Assembly (NCBI GenBank): GCA_945859975.1
Contig: CAMAPH010000006.1
Coordinates: forward strand, 23,923 to 87,922
DNA length: 64,000 bases
Reading direction: 5' to 3'
Source of the DNA: Chthonomonas calidirosea
Lineage (GTDB): Bacteria > Armatimonadota > Fimbriimonadia > Fimbriimonadales > Fimbriimonadaceae
Part shown: piece by piece, positions 47,421-58,415 of the stretch
Numbering within the stretch: position 1 is the stretch's first letter
Layout of the letters: each line of letters begins with the position of its first letter
Translations under genes and position numbers: made by a program
Notes under the pieces: generated by a model
The model's database searches: none
Told to the model about the DNA's origin: nothing
The model's input: only the letters and a program-made list of their open reading frames with translations

Positions 47421-48221
47421 TTAAGGTCGTTGGACTTCGATGCTGAAGTCAGAAATATCAACGTCCGGATCATTTGCTCCAACCGTATCGTTTTGCGGCT
47501 CAACTCCCAGACGATTATCGACAATCACGTTCGAACGGAGATCAACCGTTACAAACGTATTGACCTCGCCCGGGTTCAGTGTGTTGCCGAGGGCGTCCCA
47601 AACCCGCGTACCGGAAGTCGTCGCGAGACGGTTCATCGTGAGAATGTTCACCTGGATTCGCCTCAGGTTCGCGGCTGCAGCATCCGAATCAGCGAGCTGG
47701 TTGGCGAAGATGTCAAACCGCAACTCACGTCGATCCCCATCGGCTGGCAGCGTGTAGTTCACGATTCGTCCTCGGGTCGCGGACGTATCAAACCAAGAAC
47801 CAAGGTTGACTTCATTCGTCGGATCGCCTGCCGTTGGCCCGGGATTGAATTTGTTCAGGATCAGCGGCTGACTCGGTCGAGTTGGGTCGTACAACACGAA
47901 ATGCGTCGGAGAACCCGCAACGAACCCGTTAGGAGAGTTGTCGCCAATTACCGGAATTGGCGCTCCCGTTGGCGGCGTGGTATCCGTGGTCAATACGCGA
48001 AGCGCAATGATATAGATGTACTGGGTCAGCGGCGAGCCATCCACTGCGTCGTTAATGTTTCCGGTCACCCGCAACCGAAAGCTAATGCGCGCAAACTCTC
48101 CGATCCCGTTAGTTGGAAACCGCGCACACCCGGCGATTGGACCAAGACCGATCGCCAAGATGCCCGCAAACGCTAGAGAATTCCTTCGGAAAAGTACAAG
48201 ATTCGATGGCAAGATTCGCAT
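47421..48221 (-). CDS. Hypothetical lipoprotein
   Basis: Lipobox IAGC; beta-rich body. Confidence 0.65.
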   Translation of the reverse strand: MRILPSNLVLFRRNSLAFAGILAIGLGPIAGCARFPTNGIGEFARISFRLRVTGNINDAVDGSPLTQYIYIIALRVLTTDTTPPTGAPIPVIGDNSPNGFVAGSPTHFVLYDPTRPSQPLILNKFNPGPTAGDPTNEVNLGSWFDTSATRGRIVNYTLPADGDRRELRFDIFANQLADSDAAAANLRRIQVNILTMNRLATTSGTRVWDALGNTLNPGEVNTFVTVDLRSNVIVDNRLGVEPQNDTVGANDPDVDISDFSIEVQRP

Positions 48222-48886
48222 ACAACTGTCTTATCGTCTCGGGCGCTCAGGATGATGCGCTCGGATTGGACGGTTCCGCAACCACCACAGTTCTGCCCTT
48301 TTAGAGCGGCCATCGCGGTGCCGTGCTTCGCGCGGATGTTCTCGTATTTGGACATCATCGTGGCCGGAATAATTCGTGCAGCATCTGGGCGAGCCTTATT
48401 GAGTTCGGCATAGCGAGTCTCAAGTTGCGTTTTCAACGCCACCGCTTCTTTTCGGGCCGCTGCATACTGCTTCTTCCGGGTTTCGAGCTCAGCCGTGATC
48501 TTGTCCGCTTCCGTCTTAGCTGGTCCGATCTCGTCCATGATCACCAAAAGCCTCTCCTCAACATCCGAGATCTGCTTCTTGGTCGAGAAAATTTCTTTTT
48601 CAAGGTTCGCGACCTCTTTACTAGAGGTTACGGTTCCTCCGTACATCTCCTTATCCACCTTCTTCAGCTTGTCTTGAAGGGTTTTGACGCTGAGATCGAG
48701 GTCAATCTGCTCGGTGTGAAGGTTTCGGTATTTCGCTCCAACCGTCGCATCGAGGGCTTCAAGTTCCGCAATTCGAGCCTGAATATCTTTGCCCGGATTG
48801 AAGTTAGCGGCCTTTCGCCGGATGTCGAGTAGCTCCGAATCGATTTCGTGGAGCTTCCAAAGACGCATGAGTTCGGCCGAAGCCAT
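48173..48886 (-). CDS. Coiled-coil protein with a C4 zinc ribbon (DUF164/CT398 family)
   Basis: L.KL.EID, long coiled coil, YE.IR and CGGC...CESCHRILY. Confidence 0.9.
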   Translation of the reverse strand: MASAELMRLWKLHEIDSELLDIRRKAANFNPGKDIQARIAELEALDATVGAKYRNLHTEQIDLDLSVKTLQDKLKKVDKEMYGGTVTSSKEVANLEKEIFSTKKQISDVEERLLVIMDEIGPAKTEADKITAELETRKKQYAAARKEAVALKTQLETRYAELNKARPDAARIIPATMMSKYENIRAKHGTAMAALKGQNCGGCGTVQSERIILSARDDKTVVCESCHRILYFSEGIL

Positions 48887-48901
48887 CCCAAGAATGTACC
48901 G

Positions 48902-49087
48902 CTACTTTTGCTCGGGAGGTTTCCTCGAAAGAATTAAGCGCTCACGAAAGTCATTAAACGGGCAGATGCATCGCATTCCCAGCACATTTGCGACTTCGAC
49001 TGCAGAGGACCAAGACGGCGGGTTCACCTTCTGATCAAGGCAACGTTCTTTCTCCAAATCAAATCGGTGGCAATCTCGGCAGTACAC
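48902..49087 (-). CDS. Small Cys-rich hypothetical protein (61 aa)
   Basis: MYCRDC...C...CIC; co-oriented with neighbours and fills the gap. Confidence 0.5.
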   Translation of the reverse strand: MYCRDCHRFDLEKERCLDQKVNPPSWSSAVEVANVLGMRCICPFNDFRERLILSRKPPEQK

Positions 49088-50074
49088 TGTTTTCGGAGGT
49101 TCCTCGTGCCCGGAGTACTGCTTGCCCTTTGCCTAACCGCTTCCCAGAACGCGCCGAAACCAGAACTATCTTACTACCGTGATATGTTCATCGTGCGGAA
49201 CGCCGGCAAGGTGATTCGTCAACCGGTTAAGAACGAGATTGATACTGAACCCCTCAGCATCGCTTTTCGCCGAAATGAAAACTGGGCAGTCTGGGACGAC
49301 CGCGGCCTTACGGTTCGAGCAAACAAACTCGTACGTTCAAGCCGACTCGAGGAAATTTCCGTGTCCCCACGCATCTTCACGAAAGATGAGATTCGTGCCA
49401 ACATCGCCGCCAAACGAGATCGCCAAGCGCGTTTTCTCACTGGCGCAAAACGGCTTGGTACCAAAACCTATTTCGTGCCCCGATGGGTAGACGACGCCGG
49501 AAAGTCTTGGCTAGAGTGCCTCGTGGAAGTTGACCTAACCGCCACGAATCCAAAGCCAAAGCTCCTTGGCCGCCTGCCAGGCAACTCGCCAGCATCGCTT
49601 GGCATCGATTCCATGCTCTTTACCATCGACGGCAAGCTAGCGGTGCCAATTCAAAAGCCAACCGAATGGGGAATCGCCTCCTGGAACCTGGGCGCAAACG
49701 CCTGGGATTTCAAGAAGCTCGGAACGCGTTTGGTGAGCCTAACTGCCGCAGGCAATGCCATCGAACAAAGCGACAGCGGAACCTTCACGGCTTCAAGACT
49801 CAACCTCACCACTGGCGCTCGACAGCTACTGTTCGAATCACGACGACCGATTCGCTTCCTAGACGATCAGTCCCCCGCATTCATTCTTGAGAAAGGCCCC
49901 TCTCCCCGAATCATTAACGCCGAAACGGCAACTGTCGGAACCCTCCGCCAAAGCACCTTTGCCCGTCGAGTCGGTGACTTCATCGTCGGTTATGAGGGTG
50001 AAAAAGAACCAACGGCGGCCACCCTCTACCGTGTAGAGGACTGGTCGCCGTTGGCAAGTTGGAAGAAAGACTAG
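49067..50074 (+). CDS. Exported hypothetical protein, possibly beta-propeller-like
   Basis: Long ORF with a hydrophobic N-terminal signal; start uncertain. Confidence 0.6.
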   Translation: MAISAVHCFRRFLVPGVLLALCLTASQNAPKPELSYYRDMFIVRNAGKVIRQPVKNEIDTEPLSIAFRRNENWAVWDDRGLTVRANKLVRSSRLEEISVSPRIFTKDEIRANIAAKRDRQARFLTGAKRLGTKTYFVPRWVDDAGKSWLECLVEVDLTATNPKPKLLGRLPGNSPASLGIDSMLFTIDGKLAVPIQKPTEWGIASWNLGANAWDFKKLGTRLVSLTAAGNAIEQSDSGTFTASRLNLTTGARQLLFESRRPIRFLDDQSPAFILEKGPSPRIINAETATVGTLRQSTFARRVGDFIVGYEGEKEPTAATLYRVEDWSPLASWKKD

Positions 50075-50649
50075 GCGTAGTAAACGCCGTCAAGCGCCGA
50101 CCACATCGAAGCGCAGACAACGTGGCAAGCCGTCTTAGCTCGAGCAAACTCGGCGTCGCTCAGCGTTTCAACGTGCTTCTTCAGGTCCTCAACTTCGTTT
50201 ACGTCCAGGGCGTGAATGCGGAAGTACTCCTTCGCCTTGTCGGACATCGTGTAGTGCTCTTCCAGACCTTCGAGCTTGCTCTGCGCGGTGAACGGCTGCT
50301 GAGCTTCGAAAGCGTAGAGGGCGCCCATCGCTTCTGGCTTCACCGAGAAGAATCGCTCCGCGGCGGTCACGAGAACATCGGTGTGAGGTCGGGTGCTAAC
50401 GCCGGTTGCGCCGAGCTCGCCCTTAAAGTCGGCCCAAAGAACCTCATGCTCTCGCTCTTCTTCCGCATAGTGCGCCTCGCCCAAGGTTTCCCAGCCCTGT
50501 GCGATCGTGCCAACGAATCGGCCGTACTCAACCGCGTAGTCGGCGAGAACGTCCTTCGAGAGGGTTCCGGCCCGCCAAGCTTGGTAGAAAGGATGCTGAT
50601 TGAGGTCCAAAGAGGAAACGATTGCGTTGAGTTCTTCCACACGCGACAT
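50071..50649 (-). CDS. CADD/PqqC-like heme-oxygenase-like dimetal oxidase
   Basis: HPFY.AW..G.L, EE..H..LW..F, ALYAFEAQ.P, K.EGL, YF..H..D and W.ALD. Confidence 0.82.
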   Translation of the reverse strand: MSRVEELNAIVSSLDLNQHPFYQAWRAGTLSKDVLADYAVEYGRFVGTIAQGWETLGEAHYAEEEREHEVLWADFKGELGATGVSTRPHTDVLVTAAERFFSVKPEAMGALYAFEAQQPFTAQSKLEGLEEHYTMSDKAKEYFRIHALDVNEVEDLKKHVETLSDAEFARAKTACHVVCASMWSALDGVYYA

Positions 50650-50732
50650 GCCCTAGTTGTACCCCCGCGTTCGGCCCATGGTAGCCAGAATTGCAACCTA
50701 ATCCAACCGACTGCGTTACTCTAGTCGAAGCA

Positions 50733-51641
50733 ATGGGAATTACTGTTCTAGGCGTCATTTTGCTCATCGCGGGTCTTGCCCTCGGAGCAGCCAAGGGTGC
50801 CTCACCCGAAGGCAAGAAACTTGGACCACTTCCAGGAATCATGGTCATCATCTCGATCCTCCTCATCGCAGGCGGGTTTGCGGGAACCACAATTGTCCAA
50901 ATCCCCGCCGGCTACCGCGGCGTGCGACTCGAGTTCGGCGCCGTCAAAGGCAACCTCGCGGAGGGAATTCACTTCGTTCGACCGGGCGTCGATGCCGTTG
51001 TGCTGCTTGAAGTCCGAACCCAGAAAGAAGAATCGGAAGCAACTGCGGCTTCGCGAGACCTCCAGACCGTCACGACAAAAGTCGCGCTAAACTTCCGCGT
51101 TGATCCCGACAAGATTGACGAGCTGTACAAACAGGTTGGCGACCAATACAAGAGTCGAATCATCGATCCTGCGGTGCAAGAGTCGATCAAAGTTGTCACC
51201 GCGAAGTACACCGCCGAGGACCTGATCAAGAACCGAGCTCAAGTTAAGGGGCAGGTTGAGCAAGACATCACAACGCGACTTTCGCCGTATAACATTCTCG
51301 TCGAGCCTAGCGGCCTGAGCATCACGAACTTCGCGTTCTCGGAGGAGTTCAACCGCGCGATCGAAGCTAAGCAGGTCGCGCAACAGGAAGCCGAAAAGCA
51401 GAAGTACGTTCTTATGCAGGCTCAGTTGCAGCGTCAGACCGAAGTCGCTCGTGCCCAAGGTCGAGCCGAATCGGCCAAGCTGAACGCCCAAGCCCTAAAG
51501 GTCGCCGGTGGTTCCCTCGTTGTCGCTCAGGCATGGATCGAAAAGTGGGATGGAAAGTTGCCCACCGTCAGCAGCGGAAGCGGAACGATCATCGACATCA
51601 AGAGCCTCCTGGCGGAAGCCAAGCAATCCGAAAAACCGTAA
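50733..51641 (+). CDS. SPFH/prohibitin (Band 7) family membrane protein
   Basis: IPAG.RGV...FG, EGIHF, SRDLQ and F.FS.EF.RAIEAKQVAQQ. Confidence 0.92.
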   Translation: MGITVLGVILLIAGLALGAAKGASPEGKKLGPLPGIMVIISILLIAGGFAGTTIVQIPAGYRGVRLEFGAVKGNLAEGIHFVRPGVDAVVLLEVRTQKEESEATAASRDLQTVTTKVALNFRVDPDKIDELYKQVGDQYKSRIIDPAVQESIKVVTAKYTAEDLIKNRAQVKGQVEQDITTRLSPYNILVEPSGLSITNFAFSEEFNRAIEAKQVAQQEAEKQKYVLMQAQLQRQTEVARAQGRAESAKLNAQALKVAGGSLVVAQAWIEKWDGKLPTVSSGSGTIIDIKSLLAEAKQSEKP

Positions 51642-51705
51642 GGTCATTTGTCGCTGCCGCGCAGAAATGCGCGGCAGTTTTTTGTGCTGGTCCGTCCTGT
51701 CCTCG

Positions 51706-51978
51706 ATGGCAAAGCTCGCAGGTGACTTGTGGGACTACAACTTGGCCCGCGTCGTGGTCGTTGACGTCACGGACGACTATCAATTGATGCAGCCACCCAT
51801 GCCAGGAGACTGCTATCCGGTGCTGTACGAAACGTACATGCCGATCTACGGATTGACAAAAACCCTGGCCAATTCGGTTTCAACCGAGCGCTTCCTTTAC
51901 GATTGGCATGAATCGCCAATGGACGGCCGAAGTGAATGGTACGTGGGCGTGGTCGAAAAGGCACGCGTCACTGCCTAG
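51706..51978 (+). CDS. Small hypothetical protein (90 aa)
   Basis: ATG at 51706 (MAKLAGDLWDY...), host-like codon usage, followed by a terminator. Confidence 0.55.
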   Translation: MAKLAGDLWDYNLARVVVVDVTDDYQLMQPPMPGDCYPVLYETYMPIYGLTKTLANSVSTERFLYDWHESPMDGRSEWYVGVVEKARVTA

Positions 51979-51997
51979 ACTCAAACGTCTGGACGAC

Positions 51998-52042
51998 AAA
52001 AAGCCGGGTGTCAGCTTAAGATGACACCCGGCTTTCGTTTTT
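51998..52042. terminator. Bidirectional intrinsic terminator
   Basis: AAAGCCGGGTGTCA/TGACACCCGGCTTT with A and T flanks between convergent genes. Confidence 0.85.
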
Positions 52043-52053
52043 CCGACTGAACC

Positions 52054-52269
52054 TTAGCTAAGGTCGGCGATGATCGCGTCGGCGATTTGAAGTCCAGAGG
52101 CCGGGTGTACGCCGTTCACGAGCTTCGCCTTTGCGGCTTCAATGAGGTCAGCTCGATCGTCGGTTCGCTTGATCAAATCTCGAACCGAGACTACGAGATC
52201 CACACCGGTCAATGGAGCAACTGTTACTTCTGACTTCGTTGACTCAATGTATCGTTGATTGCTCATCAT
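52054..52269 (-). CDS. FlgM-like (anti-sigma28) small protein
   Basis: C-terminus DRADLIEAAKAKLVNG...QIADAII matches the FlgM pattern R.d.V..lK..I..G......IA..i; AGGAA RBS. Confidence 0.55.
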   Translation of the reverse strand: MMSNQRYIESTKSEVTVAPLTGVDLVVSVRDLIKRTDDRADLIEAAKAKLVNGVHPASGLQIADAIIADLS

Positions 52270-52410
52270 TTCCTGCACCTGCTTCTTAACAGGTACTAAC
52301 GTTTTAGGCGATCCCGAAGATTCTCTCTTGTCCCGGAATTCCGGTACATGGCAATTTTGCCTGGAGAAAACCAACGCTGAATACCCGCGCTCCCCTGTCG
52401 TAAACTATTA

Positions 52411-53583
52411 TTGGAGGCAAAGTTGCCACGCTACATACGTTTAGGAAAAGTCCCGCAAAAACATCACGTGCAGTTTCGACAGCCCGACGGCTCGCTCTAC
52501 ACGGAACAGTTGATTTCCACCCGTGGGTTCAGCGGACCAATGTCCACGACCTACCACATCAACTCCCCGACCGAGGTCATTGCCTGGGAGGATGTAGGTT
52601 CGGTTGCGCCGGTATATCTCGAGGATGAGCCGCTGCGACACCGGCACTTGCTCACCGAGAACATGGTCCCGCTCGGCGATGCCGTCACCGGTCGAATCAC
52701 CCTCATGGGCAACCAAGACCTCTCTTGGTCACAGGCCCTGATTGCCGAACAAATGCCGCACTTCTATAAGAATGCTGACGGCGACGAGTGCCTCTTCATC
52801 CACGACGCCGGCGGAAAGATGGAATCCATGTTCGGAACCATCACGTTTCGACCGGGCGATTACCTCGTCATTCCTCGTGGAACCATTTACAAGCTGACGT
52901 TCGACACCCTGCCCGTCCGCATGATCGCCGTGCTCTCGCACGGTCCAATTGAAATTCCCAAGCGGTATCGAAACGAGTACGGCCAGCTTTTAGAGCACGC
53001 GCCTTTCACCGAGCGAGATCTTCGTCCGCCAGAAGAACTGCCCGTGCATGGCGAACGAGTCGAAACCAAGGTCCTCATCCGTGCCCGAAATCGGCACACG
53101 ATGTACACGCATCCGTACCACCCGCTAGACGTGGTCGGCTGGGATGGCTATGTGTTCCCCTATGCTTTCAGCATCCACGACTTCTCTCCTATCACCGGCA
53201 AACTCCACATGCCGCCGCCGATTCACCAGACCTTTTATGGTCAGGGTTTCGTGATCTGTAGCTTCTGTCCGCGAATGCTGGACTACCATCCCGACGCGAT
53301 CGTGGTGCCCTACAACCACTCCAACGTCGATTCGGATGAGGTCCTGTACTACTGCAACGACAAGTTCGGCTCGCGTAAGGGGATCAAAGAAGGCTCGATT
53401 ACCTTGCACCCGCTAGGCATTCCGCACGGCCCCCAACCGGGAGCAACCGAGGCGGCCATCGGAGTGAACAAGACGGAAGAATTGGCCGTGATGGTAGACA
53501 CCCACCGGCCCCTCAAGCTCACCGCCGACGCGCTGAAGCTAGAAGACCCGAATTACTGGAAGAGCTGGATCACCGGTCGCTAA
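52411..53583 (+). CDS. hmgA: Homogentisate 1,2-dioxygenase
   Basis: NADGDE, DVVGWDG, HMPPPIH, PYNHSNVDSDE, TLHP.GIPHGP and ELAVMVDT. Confidence 0.93.
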   Translation: MEAKLPRYIRLGKVPQKHHVQFRQPDGSLYTEQLISTRGFSGPMSTTYHINSPTEVIAWEDVGSVAPVYLEDEPLRHRHLLTENMVPLGDAVTGRITLMGNQDLSWSQALIAEQMPHFYKNADGDECLFIHDAGGKMESMFGTITFRPGDYLVIPRGTIYKLTFDTLPVRMIAVLSHGPIEIPKRYRNEYGQLLEHAPFTERDLRPPEELPVHGERVETKVLIRARNRHTMYTHPYHPLDVVGWDGYVFPYAFSIHDFSPITGKLHMPPPIHQTFYGQGFVICSFCPRMLDYHPDAIVVPYNHSNVDSDEVLYYCNDKFGSRKGIKEGSITLHPLGIPHGPQPGATEAAIGVNKTEELAVMVDTHRPLKLTADALKLEDPNYWKSWITGR

Positions 53584-53891
53584 GCAGCTTTCGACTTCGT
53601 GCGCTCGGCTTCCTCAAAAGTGAGGCCGATCGCACGAGAAACCCGCTCGACTTCATTTTCACCAACGGCCTGACCGATTGCGCGCAAAATCAAAAATGGT
53701 CGGTCCTCGATCCGAATGCCACGGAATCCGTTAGAAACGACTCGGTAGTGGACATTTCCGTCGGGGATCTCGAATATCGTAATCAGTGGATCGCTACCCT
53801 CTGGATTGGGGTGCTTCAGTTCCGCCATGATCGTTTCCTCGACACTGTTCAGGATGTCGCGATAGTCAGATGTTATTCGTGTTACGGGCAT
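53580..53891 (-). CDS. Small partner of the HEPN gene (BolA-like or degenerate MNT-like)
   Basis: H..VVS..F.G..IEDR..LI..A...LTFEE; TGATG coupling to the upstream gene. Confidence 0.55.
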   Translation of the reverse strand: MPVTRITSDYRDILNSVEETIMAELKHPNPEGSDPLITIFEIPDGNVHYRVVSNGFRGIRIEDRPFLILRAIGQAVGENEVERVSRAIGLTFEEAERTKSKAA

Positions 53892-54379
53892 CAGCTCACC
53901 AACTGCCTATTATTGTTGACGATTCTTTCGGCGGTTCGATACACGCTGTTTAGCTCTTCCTGTAGCACAGGTTCAACGGCATATCTCAATCCGGGCGACC
54001 AAATTACCGTGGCGACGAGACCAGAAACCTCCAACATAAGATCATTCGAAGTATTACGCCCCGACCGAGATCTTGCTTGTTCAAGCAGTGACAGCCATCC
54101 AGGGAGGCAATGACCGTATGGCGCCACGAAATCGGCTCGGGCTCTGGAGAACTCAGGGAGCCTTTCGGGGTGACGGCAGAGTTGAGTCAAATCCTTTCCT
54201 GCTAGCTCGACGTCCGCCGCAGTCGCCAACTCAAAATAGGCCGCCTTCAGCCCGATCTCGATCACGTACCCGCACAGATAAAGGCAGCCCGTTCGGCGAC
54301 CCGACTGGCGGTACAACGCCTTCGCATCCAGCCAACGCTGATCACGAGCTAAATTCATCGAGGCAACCGTCTGCGCCAT
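53891..54379 (-). CDS. HEPN-domain protein
   Basis: R..DA.AL......G..YL.GY.IE..LKA, GH.L..L and W...LRY. Confidence 0.7.
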   Translation of the reverse strand: MAQTVASMNLARDQRWLDAKALYRQSGRRTGCLYLCGYVIEIGLKAAYFELATAADVELAGKDLTQLCRHPERLPEFSRARADFVAPYGHCLPGWLSLLEQARSRSGRNTSNDLMLEVSGLVATVIWSPGLRYAVEPVLQEELNSVYRTAERIVNNNRQLVS

Positions 54380-54420
54380 CGCTGTTGATTCTATTCGCCG
54401 AACGGCGTAAGAATACGGTG

Positions 54421-55182
54421 ATGATTCGACTTGCGCTCCTGGGAACTCTCTTTGCCTTTGCGGCCATATCGGCCGCCGAAATCAAAACCGAACGAGTCGA
54501 GTACAAGGACGGCGATACCGTCCTCGAAGGCTATATCGCGTACGACACCAATATTAAGGGCCCTCGCCCGGGCGTCGTCATCGTCCACGACTGGAACGGC
54601 ACCGATGAGTACGAAGAGCGCCGGGCCCGAATGCTGGCCGAACTTGGCTACGTTGGATTCGCCGCCGACATTTACGGCAAAGGAAACAAGCCAAAAACTC
54701 AAGCCGAAAATGGCCAGATGGCCGGCAAGTATCGAAATGACATGCCGCTATTCATCAGCCGAATGAACGCTGCGGTCTCTACCCTCCGCGCCCGAACCGA
54801 AGTCCAGAAGGATAAGGTTGCTGCGATGGGTTACTGCTTTGGTGGCGGTGGAGTCCTGGAACTCGCCCGCTCCGGCGCCGACATCAGCGGTGTCATCAGC
54901 TTCCACGGCGGCCTCGCTACCAAGACGCCTGCCACCGTCGGATCGGTCAAGGCCAAGGTTCTGGTCTGCCACGCTTCCCAGGACCCAAGCGTGCCGTACG
55001 AGCAGCTAGTCGGATTCCTTGGCGAAATGCGAGACGCGAAGGTCGACTATCAACTCGTCGCTTACAACGTCGACAGCCACCCGTTCACCGCTCCTGGACC
55101 GGGATACCGCCCAGAAGCCGACCGAAGAAGCTGGGATGAGCTCCAAAAGTTCTTCAAAGAAATCTTCGGCGCCGCGAAATAA
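54421..55182 (+). CDS. Dienelactone hydrolase family protein with a signal peptide
   Basis: PGVVIVHDWNG, GYCFGG nucleophile elbow, SFHG, D and H.F. Confidence 0.9.
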   Translation: MIRLALLGTLFAFAAISAAEIKTERVEYKDGDTVLEGYIAYDTNIKGPRPGVVIVHDWNGTDEYEERRARMLAELGYVGFAADIYGKGNKPKTQAENGQMAGKYRNDMPLFISRMNAAVSTLRARTEVQKDKVAAMGYCFGGGGVLELARSGADISGVISFHGGLATKTPATVGSVKAKVLVCHASQDPSVPYEQLVGFLGEMRDAKVDYQLVAYNVDSHPFTAPGPGYRPEADRRSWDELQKFFKEIFGAAK

Positions 55183-55283
55183 TCGCAAGCATTCAAGAGA
55201 TGCGTCAACCTGCGGGGCTCGATTGGTATACTCCCGCAGGTTGCGCTGATGGGTTCGCTCATCGACGCCCAGAGAGGAATTAA

Positions 55284-56747
<1,464 letters not shown>

Positions 56748-56753
56748 CAAATC

Positions 56754-57164
56754 ATGGCGAGAGAGTTCACGTTATCCGTGGTGTCGCCCGACCAGTCCGT
56801 GGTCGAGCAACTCGTAACGTCGGTGGTCGCGCCGGGTACCGAAGGCTACTTCGGTATCCAAGCCGGCCACATCTCCCTCGTCGCGGCCCTCAAGCCGGGC
56901 TTGCTGGAATATAAGGCCAACAACCAGACCGGCTACATCTACATCGGAGGCGGCTTCGCCGAAGTCCGCCCCGACAAAATGACCGTCCTCGCCGATGAAG
57001 CATCCCTGGCCGAGGAACTGAGCGTCGAAAAAGCCGAGCAAATGCTCGAAAAAGCTCGCAAAGAACTCCGAAGCGACTCCGGAACGATGACCCAATCCGA
57101 TGCCGTTCAAGAAGTAGAACGAGCCATCCAACGCCTCCGCGCCGCCCGATTGAACGCGAAGTAA
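56754..57164 (+). CDS. atpC: F0F1 ATP synthase subunit epsilon
   Basis: VVSPD, G.FGI..GH, GGFAEV and a C-terminal helical hairpin. Confidence 0.96.
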   Translation: MAREFTLSVVSPDQSVVEQLVTSVVAPGTEGYFGIQAGHISLVAALKPGLLEYKANNQTGYIYIGGGFAEVRPDKMTVLADEASLAEELSVEKAEQMLEKARKELRSDSGTMTQSDAVQEVERAIQRLRAARLNAK

Positions 57165-57196
57165 CTTCAAAAGGTTCGGCATCGTACAATCAGTGC

Positions 57197-58363
57197 ATGT
57201 CGCCGAGCCTGATCAAAGAAGTCACCGAGATCCGCCGCCATCTGCACCAGCACCCGGAACTTGGATATGAGGAAACCGGAACGGCTCAGCTCATCCACGA
57301 GCGACTCACCCAGCTAGGCATCGAGCACAAAACCGAAGTCGGCAAAACCGGCGTCGTCGCCTTTATTCCCGCTACCGGCGAACCCAATAAGACCATTGCT
57401 CTCCGGGCCGACATGGACGCCCTCCCGATCCACGAGGAAACCCAGCTCCCCTACGCCTCGCAAACGCCCGGCAAGATGCACGCCTGCGGACACGACGGCC
57501 ACACCGCCATCCTCCTCGGCACCGCCAAACTCCTCTCCGAAACCCCGCATCGCAAGAACAACGTTCTGCTCCTCTTCCAACCCGCCGAAGAAGGCGGCGC
57601 GGGTGGCAAGGCCCTCGTGGACGCCGGAGCCCTCCGCGGCGAAGTCGTCGGAACCCCGGCCGACATCATCTTCGGCCTCCACGGCCATCCCGATCACCGC
57701 ATCGGCCACGTCTCCACCCGACCCGGTGCCATCATGGCCTCCGCCGCCCAGTTTCGCGTGATCATCAAAGGCAAAGGCGCCCACGCAGCCTATCCTCACA
57801 ACGGCATCGACCCGATCGTCATCGGCAGCCACATCGTCACCGCTCTCCAAACCGTCGCCAGCCGCAACGTAGACCCGCTAGACTCCGTCGTCGTCACCAT
57901 CGGCCAATTCCTTGCCGGCGTTGCCCATAACGTGATTCCCGAGAAAGCCGAGCTCAACGGCACTCTCCGTACCCTAAACATGGCAACCGAACAAATCGCG
58001 GTGAAGGCCATCGAGTCCATCGTCCAGAACACCGCCCTCGCTTTCGGCGGAGAAGCCACGATCACTTGGACAAGCAACCCCTACCCGGTCACCTTTAACG
58101 ACCCGGACGCCACCGACACCTTCCGCCGCATCGCCACCGAAGCCATCGGCACCGACAACGTTCACCATGAACCACACCCAAGCATGGGCGGCGAAGACTT
58201 CAGCTACTACGGCTACCAAATCCCCGCCTGCTTCTTCTTCCTCGGCCTCCTCCCCCATGGCGCGGACTCCTATCCCAACCTCCACGCCCCAAACTTCGAC
58301 TTCAACGACGACGCCCTAGAAACTGGAATCCAGCTCATGACCGAGCTCGCCCTCACCGCATAA
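57197..58363 (+). CDS. M20D family amidohydrolase
   Basis: RRHLH.HPEL, LRADMDALP, MHACGHDGH, FQPAEEG, MGGEDF and LH. Confidence 0.93.
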   Translation: MSPSLIKEVTEIRRHLHQHPELGYEETGTAQLIHERLTQLGIEHKTEVGKTGVVAFIPATGEPNKTIALRADMDALPIHEETQLPYASQTPGKMHACGHDGHTAILLGTAKLLSETPHRKNNVLLLFQPAEEGGAGGKALVDAGALRGEVVGTPADIIFGLHGHPDHRIGHVSTRPGAIMASAAQFRVIIKGKGAHAAYPHNGIDPIVIGSHIVTALQTVASRNVDPLDSVVVTIGQFLAGVAHNVIPEKAELNGTLRTLNMATEQIAVKAIESIVQNTALAFGGEATITWTSNPYPVTFNDPDATDTFRRIATEAIGTDNVHHEPHPSMGGEDFSYYGYQIPACFFFLGLLPHGADSYPNLHAPNFDFNDDALETGIQLMTELALTA

Positions 58364-58415
58364 CTGCTAGCTAATCCGGGTTGTATACGCAAATATGCGC
58401 GGGGACTTTCGAAGT

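Noticed and set aside
50071..50649. PqqC / PQQ biosynthesis
   Set aside because: No pqqA/B/D/E nearby, and the motifs fit CADD better
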